DNA of 64,000 bases, taken from the NCBI RefSeq assembly GCF_009914755.1, contig NC_060943.1; one strand, given 5' to 3'. This stretch comes from the human T2T-CHM13v2.0 reference genome, Homo sapiens. The notes beneath the pieces were generated by a model. That model worked only from the letters and a program-made list of their open reading frames with translations, was not told where the DNA came from and did not search any database. Shown in pieces: positions 1-10,016 of this stretch; positions within the stretch are counted from its first letter, which is position 1, and every line of letters begins with the position of its first letter. The translations under genes were made by a program, and so were the position numbers.

Positions 1-599
1 GTGGCTATTTGCTCTGTAAATTACCTATGACAGAAGAAAAAGAAGGAAATGAAAACTCAGGAAAGTAAACACTCTTCTAAACTCATGAATAGTAAAATAT
101 GGAAATATCCCTGAGAATCTAGGAGAATATCCAAAGAAAATGCATTATAGGAGGGTAAAAAGGCCATTTGGCAAAGCCTACAAAATGAGTCCAAAATATG
201 GTTCACAAGGAAACTTACCTTCCGATGCATCCAAAACAGAAGAACAGCAAAAGAAGCTCCTGATTCCTACTGAGGTGAGAATATCGGCACAAACAGAAGG
301 AAATCAGGCCAAAAAAAAGTTACAGGCCAATTTCTAAACTGCTGTTAGATCTAAAACAAATGAGAAAGTCCTGCCCTAACCAATAAACCAGAGCAAACAC
401 TATGCATTTCAAACACTGGGGGACGTGGGCGGGGGTGAGCCTGTTCTGTGCAGGACCCTTCTAACATATGGGAGAGTCTTTGACCCCTCCTCAGAATAAT
501 GCCATAAACTATAAAAAAACACAATTCATAGAATTTCAAAGGAGACCAATTACTTAGAAATGCAGCTATCAGGATGCTTTAATTTTTTCTGACATATTA

Positions 600-1090
600 A
601 TATTGCTGTGATAGTTTTAAAAAATAGCTGAACATTTCTTGCCACTCCTCCCTTTGGGAGGCAGAATCGATGTCCTGTCTCCCCGATCCTGGGTGGATTT
701 GCTGTGCTACCTCATAAAAGACCCCTCAGCATCTGCCCTGGAGCCCTGTGCCTCCTAAGAATTCTGACTACCCTGAGGCTGCCAGGCTGTAAGGAAGTCA
801 AGGCCATATGGAAACACTACATATAGGCACTCAGTCTCAGCTCACCCCTTCTTCCAACATCCCAAGCCAGGTATCAGATGTGAGGGAACAAGCCTCCAAA
901 TGGTCCCAGACCCCAGCTGTTGAGTCTCCTGTGCTGAGGCCAGACATCATAGACAGAGACAAGTGGGCTACCCTTGTGCCCTGTCTGAAATCCTGACCTG
1001 ACCATGAGAATCCACAAACATAATAAAATGATTGTTTGAGCCACTAAATTTTGGTGTAATTCCTGACATACTAATAGTGTCTGTAACAGC
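600..1090 (+). repeat. Old MaLR LTR (MLT1-type)
   Basis: MLT1-like motifs, 3' end cctgacc..atgaga..ttgtttgagccactaaattttgg. Confidence 0.6.
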
Positions 1091-1333
1091 CACCTTAACA
1101 CATTAAGTAACAATAGCAAGTAGCAAGTCATCACTGGGAAGTGTTATTTGGAATTGTCTTGGGAAGCAGTGACAACCATGAAGGCTATTTGGAGATGCTG
1201 TCAGATGACATAAAAACTGCTGTGGTCTCACTGTTAACAATGTCCCATACCCACGGGGTCTACAGCCTATATTCAAGATGGAAGGAAACACTACATTTTG
1301 GTTAGAGGAATGTGATTTATATACATATAAATC

Positions 1334-1642
<309 letters not shown>

Positions 1643-1760
1643 TCAAAACCAGTATTACAGTTGATAAAGGAAATCCCAAAACCTCCTTAACTGGTTTCTT
1701 TCATAAAAGTTACTCTACATACGTGCCCTAAAAATAAGACGTTGGGGAAAATACTACCAC

Positions 1761-2318
1761 GGTCGTACCTGAGCGAGTTAGAGAAAACGCCACACTTTGA
1801 GACACATGAAGAATCCGTTTATTTAGCTGGTGGCCAAGAGACGGCTAACGCTCGAAATTCTCTCGGCCTGAAGAAGGGGCTAGATCTTCTTTTATACTTT
1901 GGTTTAGAAAGGAGAGGGGGGGTCTAGTTAAAACAATTTTACAGAAATAAAGTAGGCAAAAAAGTTAAAAGGATAAATGGTTACAGGAACGTTAATAGTT
2001 CCAGGTGCAGGGGCTTTAAGATTATTACAAGGTGATAGACGCGGGGCTTTGGGGTGTAATCAATTGGACGAATTCCTGGGAACTGCGGATATAGCTTGCC
2101 ACAGTATCTTATCAGTTAATTGCATTCTTGGATGTGCTGGGAGTCAGCTTGCACAAGTTAAGTCCTTGAGGAAGCGGCTGCCAGTGAAAGAGCCAAGATG
2201 GAGTCCATCTGGCGCTCTTAGCTAAGGGAGAGTCAATTCAGGTGGAAACAAGGCTGAGTGATTAAAGGAAAGGGAGAGTCTAAAAACAGGGTTAGTAAAA
2301 ACCAGGTTGGACACTACA
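1761..2318 (-). repeat. 3' LTR (LTR6A/6B-type)
   Basis: About 30 differences from the 5' LTR by manual alignment; preceded by purine tract AAGTGGGGAA; TATA 1890-1896, AATAAA 1818-1823; terminal CA mutated. Confidence 0.92.
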
Positions 2319-2342
2319 TTCCCCACTTGTGTTTTTGGGGAA

Positions 2343-2513
2343 TCAAATCATTGATTCCTCAGTTATAACAAGGGGGTTATATTGAGTCTTAAGATACATA
2401 AGTTTGACAGAAGCTATGCATTGTTTTACAAAATTAAGAAAAAGAATTAATCTAATGGCTTCACCCAACTTAGGTGCAGTTTTAAGGGGCCTGACCCAGC
2501 CCTGGGGACCCAT
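2343..2513 (-). CDS. env: In-frame deleted HERV-T env: 56-aa mini-Env ORF
   Basis: MGPQGWVRPLKTAPKLGEAIRLILF (Env N-terminus, overlapping the end of IN) joined to LNFVKQCIASVKLMYLKTQYNPLVITEESMI* (cytoplasmic tail) just before the PPT. Translation is unproven. Confidence 0.6.
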   Translation of the reverse strand: MGPQGWVRPLKTAPKLGEAIRLILFLNFVKQCIASVKLMYLKTQYNPLVITEESMI

Positions 2514-4235
2514 GTTTCTAGTTGGGCTCTGTTGGCCTTTTTGATGCGGGAGTGATGAATCCACGCAGGAATGCCATCCACCTTCAGAGCCGTTGGCATC
2601 GTGATGACGGTGTGAGGTCTCTTCCAAGCAGGAGGGAGTCCTTCTCTCTGGAACTTTTTAACAAACAACAGGTCACCTGGCGGGAATGAATGGCAGGGCC
2701 CTGTCTGTTCAGGAATTGGATTGGGATGGGTTCCTCGAACAAGTGGCAGGATGATATCTTGTACCTGTTGGGGAGACTGTAGGTACTGTAATAAATTAGT
2801 TTGTGATATTTTTGCCAATTGGGCATCTCTTAGCTTAGGCAAGATAGGCAGCACCCTCCCATACATGATTTCAAAAGGTAAGAACCCAGCCCAGTAAGGG
2901 GTGCACCTTACTCTAAGTAGGGCTAAAGGAAGGAGACTTACACAATTTACACCGGTTTCTAAGATTAATTTTGTAAGAGTGTTTTTTAGGGTGCAGTTCA
3001 TGCGTTCTACTTGCCCAGAGCTCTGGGGTCGATAGGCACAATGGAGCTTCCATTGAATGTTTAACGCCTTACTGACTGACTAAACTATAGACAAGGCGAA
3101 GGCCGGTCCATTATCAGACCCTATGGCAACAGGCAGCCCATGTCGAGGGATGATTTCATTGAGTAAAAACTTAACTACCATATTGACAGTTTCGTTTTTG
3201 GTAGCAAATGCTTCAGTCCATCCAGAGAAGGTGTCTACCAGTACTAGAAGGTATTTGTACCCAGCCCGGTGTGGTTTTACTTCTGTAAAGTCAATTTCCC
3301 ACTTTTCTCCTGGTGAGTTTTCTTGGAGACGGTGGCCTGGGCTGGGTTTAGGACCTTTTTTGGCATTTACCTGGGCGCAGGTTGTGCACCGGAGAGCTGC
3401 TTGATCTGTTAGGCTTTGAAGATGGGGGATCTTAAAACGGCTCCGGAGGAGCTGAGGTAGCTTTGCTCCTCCTAAATGGGTGGTAGACTGTAGGTGACTG
3501 ATTAAAGTTTTCCCAAGAGTTCGGGGTATGAAGATTCTAGAGTCAGGAAGAATCCACCAACCTTCCTGATTTTTATTGGCTCTGAGTTCTGAGGCCAGTT
3601 TTCTTCTTCTGTTGAGTATGCGGGATTGTCAGGCAGATCTGGCTGTGGAAAGGAGACTGTGGGCAGCAAGTTTAGAGGCGTGACTGAAAGTCACACTGCA
3701 TCTTGAGCTGCTGAATCAGCTTTCTGGTTACCACGGGCAACAGCCGTGTTTTCCTTTTGATGTCCTTTACAGTGGATTACAGCCACCTGCTGAGGTGAGT
3801 AGCCCACGCTCCTGGTAGATGGCTCCACGTACATGCACAGTAGCAAAGGCGTACCTGCTGTCAGTGTTAACGTTAATATCCTTACCCCATCGGAGAGCCT
3901 GAGTGAGGGCGATCAATTCAGCCTTTTAGGCTGAGGTGTTTGCTGGTAAAGCCTGAGCCCACAACACATCTGTCTCCATGGTAACAGCTGCACCGGCCTT
4001 TCGTAGTCCCTTCTCGAGGAAGCTGCTACTGTCTGTGAACATGGTGGCATCCACCTTTCCTAGGGGCACATTTTGAAGATCAGGTCGGCCAGTTTCAGTA
4101 GTTTCCAACAGTTCCTGACAGTCATGAACAGGAATAGTGGAGTTTGAGTCAGGAAGTAGTGTAGCTGGATTTAAACACCATGTGGGAGGGGAAGTCAAAT
4201 GAGGCTGATCTAACAGTAAACTCTGATACTCCAGG
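2447..4235 (-). pseudogene. pol: pol 3' part (connection, RNase H, integrase); PR and RT deleted
   Basis: [34 protein letters not shown] (RNase H); integrase core and C-terminus TLKNTLTKL..LLPLALLRVR..PFEIMYG..ALKVDGIPAWIHHSRIK; stops and frameshifts present. Confidence 0.93.
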
Positions 4236-4239
4236 ATGC

Positions 4240-5535
4240 TTTATCAGTGGCTTTTTTCAGCTGCCTGAGCTGCTTGTTTTTGTTTTTCAACCTCTTGACT
4301 GTCAAAAACCTTTTAGGCTATCTCTAAAAGCTGACTGGTATTCATTCCAGCAAAATCCCTCTAGTTTTTGGAGTTTCCTTTTACTATCTGGGGCTGCCTG
4401 AGCCACAAATGCCAAATTAAGAGCATGGCTATTTTCGGGGGCTGCCAGGTCAAAAGGGGTGTAAATCTGATAAGCCTCCTGGAGGTGCTCTAAAAACACT
4501 CCTGGTGACTCATCATGCCCCTGGACGACTTCAGTCGCCTTAGACAAGTTTATAGGTTTCTGAGCAGCTCCCTGAATACCCACGAGGAGATACCGGTGGA
4601 AATCGTCAAAAGTTCTCCCTCCACTTGAGAAATTTGGGTCCCAATTAGGTCCCAATTGGGTCTCTAATCACTATTCCTCTAGCTTCCTCCTCCGGCCTAT
4701 TGGTTGATGTGAGGTTGTACTTTTTGGCCTCTCTTTGGATACTTTCCCTCTCTTCAGAGGTGAAAAGGGTCAAAAGGAGCTGTTGACAGTCATCCCAGGT
4801 GGGCCAATGTGTCCAGAGTACAGACTCCATCAGTGAGGTCAAAGCCTGGGGCTTTTCAGAGAAGGGAGGATTATGGGTTTTCCAATTATACAAGTCAGAA
4901 GTAGAAAGAAGGGACATAAACCAGGAAGGGGGTGGAGCACTCATCACCCAGAGGGACTTGTGCCTCTCTCAGTGGTAGTAGAGGGGCTACTTCCTCCCAC
5001 CACGGTTGCAACCAAGAGGCAATGGGTGATGAGCCTACAGGGGACATAGCCGAGGAGACATGGGATGACCCTAAGGGAGTAGGCTGGTTTTAAGGCGGTG
5101 GGACTGGGTGAGGGAGACTCTCCTCTTCTTCAGAGAGAGGCAGTACAGGGCGAGCCGAACCGGCTGAGGGTCGAGGCGAAAACACGGTCTGGCTCAGGAG
5201 GACCTTGGAGGTAAAATTATGAATGGTGCATGAGTGGAGCCACGGAAGGGGTGCTCCTGACCAAACTCAGCCATTGATCAATGTAGGGAAACTGATCAGG
5301 GAGGCCGGGAGTTTCAGTAACAACCCGCCACACAGCTTGAACAATTGTGAGGTTCAGTGACCCTTCAAGGGGCCACTCAACTCCAAACTTTGGCCATTCT
5401 ACTTTGCAGAGTGTCCAGAGCTTGCCTTTTTTAAGGCGGACTCCATAATCCTCTGAGAAACCGAGAGAAAAATTCTGCAGCATATACTGGAGAGGGCTCC
5501 AACCCTTACAAGGCTGGGAGGAAGTGTTTCCCTTT
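4240..5535 (-). pseudogene. gag: gag (MA, CA with major homology region), frameshifted, NC missing
   Basis: GNTSSQP..EWPKFGVEWPLEGS..PDQFPYIDQW (MA); [37 protein letters not shown] and VVQGHDESPGVFLEHLQEAY (CA/MHR). Confidence 0.93.
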
Positions 5536-5583
5536 TTTTTTTTTTTTTTTTGAAGGCAATTTAATAAGATTTGAACATAGATA

Positions 5584-6428
5584 TCAAACCCAGCACAGAC
5601 AGAGAAACTCACTCCCTGGGGGGCTGGAGTATCGAAAGAACAGAATCAACATGACCAGAAAGAGCAGAAAAACCACAACAGCTAAATACCACTTGCCACA
5701 TCACTGTAGCTTTAAGATTGAGGGAGAAGGACTAGAGGCCAGCCCGAGATCTCCTGGGTCAGTTGGATCTAGGTGTTCTCTCTCTTCTTCTAGATCTGTA
5801 CCCTAAATACCTTTTGTGTCTCCATGACTCAAAGGCAAATAGCTCAAACCCAGCTTTTTCTTTTAAGGGTTCAAGGAGTGAGAGCAGAGCCAAGTCCTGG
5901 AGACGCTGAACTTGCTGTCGCACTGGAAAACGAGATGTGTGGGGTAGGGGGCAGGGAGGAGGAAAAGGACCACTTGGATCGTTTTTAAGATGGGAGAGTA
6001 GCCACAGAGGAACAGAGTAAGAATCTAAACGAAGTAAAGCAGTACGAGGGTAGGTTTCCCTACACAGTGTGCTATTTAAGGGCACAGGAAAAGTTACAGA
6101 ATGACCAAAGAGGTGAGCAAGGAAATCTGCAGGGTGGCTGTTTTGAACCCACCACCAGTTTAGTTTAGAGGAGGTCCAATCAACCTGGATGTGGGGTATG
6201 ACAATCTAAATACAACCATCATGGTGCCAGAAATCCCAATCAGGCGAATGTTTTTTTACACTCATTCCCGTAACAACACCTGACTTGCTTCTGGCAGAAA
6301 AGACAGGACTGTGGTGGCCAGCCTAAATGATTGATGAGAAATTTAACCTCCTGTGACAAAAAATCAGCACTAAGGACCTTGCAGAAGTTCTTACCCAGAC
6401 GTCTTGGGCAATATCGACGTCCTGACAT
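5584..6428 (-). pseudogene. Disrupted HERV-T pre-gag leader ORF
   Basis: ATG at 6428 (MSGRRYCPRR...), ORF fragments 6240-6428 and 5759-6085, last fragment WYLAVVVFLLFLVMLILFFRYS...EFLCLCWV* ending at TGA 5584-5586. Confidence 0.6.
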
Positions 6429-7359
6429 GCAAAACCTTGACAACCACTAAACAAGACAATAGACACCGAACAGAACAATAAACATAAAACAAACAGTTGA
6501 CCCTAGGGCATGTAAACAGTTATGACAGTTTCTTCTTCTTTTTTTTTTTTTAGACAAACAAGGGGAGGGGGTCCCGTGATGGGATCAGTCAGATGCCCGC
6601 CTGGCCGCTCCCCCTTAGGGGACTTGGGCTCCTCTTAGCATTGACAGGCCGGTATAAACCCCCGGCTCGGATCGAGCTATGCCGGATGCTGCCTTAAGCC
6701 TTATGAGGTCGCCACGGAACCGCAGGTGAGGGCCCACTTGAACTCCGTAGCTTTCGCCGTGGAGCTACAAACTGGAGGACAAGCGCAAGCCCTTGTCCTC
6801 CCCCATTCATTCACCATTCACACAGAGTTTATAACAGTTTTTCTTTTTTCTTTCCCAGAGATTCTCCAAGAAACCTGAACAAGGAAAGATTAGAGATAGA
6901 AAAAGAGAGAGAGAGAGACCAGTCTGCCAGAAACCAGGACTCAGTCCCCCAGCATCCTGGGATGTGGACTGACTCAAGGGATGGCCCCTGTCAGGGCCAC
7001 TTCCCTCCCAGACAGAGACACAGAGGCGTCTAACAGAAAACCAGGGCTCTACCCTCTAGCATCCTAGAGAAATGGGCAGAGTCAAAAGAGGGACACCCTC
7101 ATCAGGGTCGCTTCCCTCTGCCAGAACCAAAGTCAAATCTGACCTACCTGACCCCGGGGTCAGCAGTTGAGGACTCAGAGGTGGAATTTTTGTGGGCACC
7201 CACATGGTAGTCGATCCGCTGTCCTCCGGAAGACGGTCACCCTTTGGGGACCTGGAAATTTTTTTTTCAGGTGGCACTCCCCCCTACAAGCTGGCTGTCC
7301 TTCCGGGGGAGCACACAGCGGGCCCGGCTCTCGCCCGGTGACGTTTCTCCCGGTGACGT

Positions 7360-7377
7360 TTCTCGCTGGGGCCTCCA
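7360..7377 (-). other. Primer binding site, tRNA-Thr
   Basis: TGGAGGCCCCAGCGAGAA is complementary (17/18) to the recalled 3' end of tRNA-Thr(TGT) ...TCTCGCTGGGGCCTCCA. Confidence 0.88.
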
Positions 7378-7379
7378 AA

Positions 7380-7938
7380 TGTCGTACCTGAGCGAGTTAG
7401 AGAAAACGCCACACTTTGAGACAAATTAAAAGTCCATTTATTTAGCTGGCCGCCAAGAGATGGCTAATGCTCAAAATTCTCTCCGCTCTGAAGAAGGGGC
7501 TAGATCTTCTTTTATACTTTGGTTTAGAAAGGGGAGGGGAGGTCTAGTTAAAACAATTTTACAGAAATAAAGTAAGCAAAAAAGTTAAAAGGATAAATGG
7601 TTACAGGAAAGTTAATAGTTCCAGGTGCAGGGGCTTTAAGATTATTACAAGGTGATAGACGCGGGGCTTTTGGGCATAATCAATCGGATGAATTCCTCGG
7701 AACTGCGGATATAGCTTGCCACAGTATCTTAACAGTTAATTGCATTCTTGGATGTGCTGGGAGTCAGCTTGCACAAGTTAAGTCCTTGAGGAAGGGGCTG
7801 CCAGTGAAAGAGCCAAGATGGAGTCCATCTGGCGCTCTTAGCTAAGGGAGAGTCAATTCAGGTGGAAACAAGGCTAGGTGATTTAAGGAAAGGGAGAGTC
7901 TAAAAACAGGGTTAGTAAAAACCAGGTTGGGCATTACA
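7380..7938 (-). repeat. 5' LTR (LTR6A/6B-type)
   Basis: TGTAATGCCC...GTACGACA termini; TATAAAA at 7510-7516 and AATAAA at 7437-7442 on minus; PBS follows after 2 nt. Confidence 0.92.
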
Positions 7939-8341
7939 CTACTAAGATATCAAAACCAGGAACTTACTTCCTTTAAAACAATTCCAAACTAACTCGCTGT
8001 GCCTTACACAGAAATTTCCCCCAAGAAATATGGTTTTATAAAGCCTGAGAAGTTGTTGCTATTAGGACAAACACCAAAACTAAAAATTGGTTTAATTAGC
8101 AACAACAAAATTCCATTTTAACTGGCTGTCCTTATCAGAGACAGTCCACTAAATAATACAACTGGCAAAAAGTGAGATTTTGTAAAGGTTGGGGTGCTTT
8201 ATTATAAACATAACATAAACCAGGAATGTATTTTAATAAACCTCAACCTGCGGGTCACTCCCTCCCAGGCGTGCAACAAAACACCTGCCTAGAAATCAAA
8301 AGGCGTTTTACCCGAGTGGGCTGAAAAAGCCCCGTTTTTAC

Positions 8342-8620
8342 CTTTAATCTGGAGACAATACGGGTCAGAGGTCAGGAAACTACATCAGCGCCAGTGCGAG
8401 CGCCCACGAGTCCGGTGGACGGATGAGAAACGGCCGGGGGGCAGCCTGAGTCCCAGTTCCCGCCGTGGCAATGGCCAATTTCCCACCCGTGGACGCAAAA
8501 GGCCAGGACTCCACGCTGCTGACCCTCCAGCGTCCCATGTCCGGCAGGCACGTGGCCGAATAGCCCAAGACTGAGGACTCACACTTCCCACTTTGCACCT
8601 GGAGGCCACCTGCAGACCAA
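8342..8620 (-). ncRNA. LINC00665: Probable first exon of lncRNA LINC00665
   Basis: CpG island downstream of ZFP14 on the same strand, as recalled for this locus. Candidate donor AAG|gtaaaa at 8341. Contains a 52-codon ORF. TSS approximate. Confidence 0.7.
8380..8538 (-). CDS. 52-aa micropeptide MGRWRVSSVESWPFASTGGKLAIATAGTGTQAAPRPFLIRPPDSWALALALM (probably CIP2A-BP)
   Basis: ATG at 8536-8538 in strong Kozak context (gacATGg), TAG at 8380-8382. Length equals the 52 aa recalled for the LINC00665-encoded micropeptide CIP2A-BP. Confidence 0.7.
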   Translation of the reverse strand: MGRWRVSSVESWPFASTGGKLAIATAGTGTQAAPRPFLIRPPDSWALALALM

Positions 8621-9063
8621 CCTTGCGCCAGGCTTCCGGAAATGGGAGGGCGGGCTTCCGGAAACGGCGGCCAATGGGAAACGTGATCAGATGTTACTAG
8701 GCAGACAGTCCGTTTCCAGGCAACACAGAAGAAAGGAACGCGCTCAGTCAGCCTCAAATAGACGGAGATTTCAGCCAATGGATGTGCAGGTTCCCTCCAC
8801 ATTAGCCAATAAGAAGTGCTTGGGGCCTACCTGCCTACAAGCACAGCAAAAGCTTTCCTGCGCATTTTTGCGCTGGAATGGCTACCTGCCGCGCCAAATC
8901 AAAATTTACAATCACCCTTGGTGCTGTTTCCTGCACTTTCTTGGAGATTTGCACCAGGCGCTGGAGACCCTCCCACCTGGCCCATGCCTGCCACCCGGTG
9001 AACACCAAGACCCAACCTTCTGCACCACCAGTCTTGTTGTCAACGAACAGGCTAGTAAATTAT

Positions 9064-10016
9064 TGAAGGGGTGGCCTGCCCCTCCACACCTGTGGGTATT
9101 TCTCGTCAGGTGGAACGAGAGACTGAGAAAAGAAAGAGACACAGAGACAAAGTATAGAGAAAGAAAAGTGAGCCCAGGGGACCGGCGCTCAGCACACGGA
9201 GGACCTACAGGGACACTGGTCTCTGAGTTCCCTCAGTATTTATTGATCATTATCTCTACCATCTCGGAGAGGGGGATGTGGCAGGCCAATAGGGTAATAG
9301 TGGGGAGAGGGTCAGCAGGAAAACGTGAACAAAGGTCTCTGTGTCATAAATAAGTTTAAGGAAAGGTGCTGTGCCTTGATGTGCACTTATACAAACATCT
9401 CGGTGCATTAAAGAGCAGTATTGCCGCCAGCGTGTCTCACCTCCAGCCCTAAGGATGTTTTCTCCTATCTCAGTAAGTAGAACATACAATCGGGTTTTAC
9501 ACCAAGACATTCTATTGCCCAGGGACGAGCAGGAGACAGATGCCTTCCTCTTACCTCAACTGCAAAGAGGCCTTCCTCTTTTACTAATCCTCCTCAGCAC
9601 AGACCCTTTACGGGTGTCAGGCTGGGGGATGGTCAGGTCTTTCCCTTCCCATGAGGCCATATCTCAGGCTATCACATGGGGAGAAATCTTGGACAATACC
9701 TGGCTTTCCTAGGCAGAGGTCCCTGCGGCCTTCCGCAGTGTATTGTGTCCCTGGGTACTTGAGATTAGAGAATGGTGATGACTTTTAACAAGCATATTAT
9801 CTTCAAGCACTTTTTTAACAAAGCATAGCCCTAAATCCATTGAACCTTGAGTCAACACAGCACATGTCTCTGTGAGCACAGGGTTGGGGCTAGGGTTACA
9901 GATTAACAGCATCTCAAGGCAGAAGAATTTTTCTTAGTACAGAACAAAATGGAATCTCTTATGTCTACTTCTTTCTACATAGACACAGTAACAGTCTGAT
10001 CTCTCTTTTCCCCACA
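9064..10016 (-). mobile_element. HERV-K(HML-2) solo LTR (LTR5A/5B-type), 953 bp
   Basis: Minus strand starts TGTGGGGAAAAGAGAGATCAGACTGTTACTGTGTC and ends GGGGCAGGCCACCCCTTCA; no PBS or PPT adjacent. Confidence 0.93.

Larger units (their letters stand above)
1761..7938 (-). mobile_element. HERV-T / HERV-S71 provirus with two LTRs, internally deleted
   Basis: Two ~559-bp direct repeats, tRNA-Thr PBS, PPT, and gammaretroviral gag, RNase H, integrase and env remnants. Flanks ccac (1757-1760) / ctac (7939-7942) are a 3-of-4 TSD match. Confidence 0.93.
8240..8900. promoter_or_regulatory. CpG-island promoter (probable LINC00665 promoter)
   Basis: CpG-rich; two palindromic ETS/GABPA sites TTCCGGAA (8634-8641, 8656-8663); CCAAT boxes near 8671, 8775, 8806. 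Confidence 0.85.

Noticed and set aside
140-337. 65-aa Lys-rich ORF at the window start
   Set aside because: No recognisable homology or splice context.
8691-9353. 220-aa plus-strand ORF crossing the promoter and LTR5
   Set aside because: No recognisable domain, and the C-terminal part is antisense LTR. Divergent transcription is possible, but there is no coding evidence.
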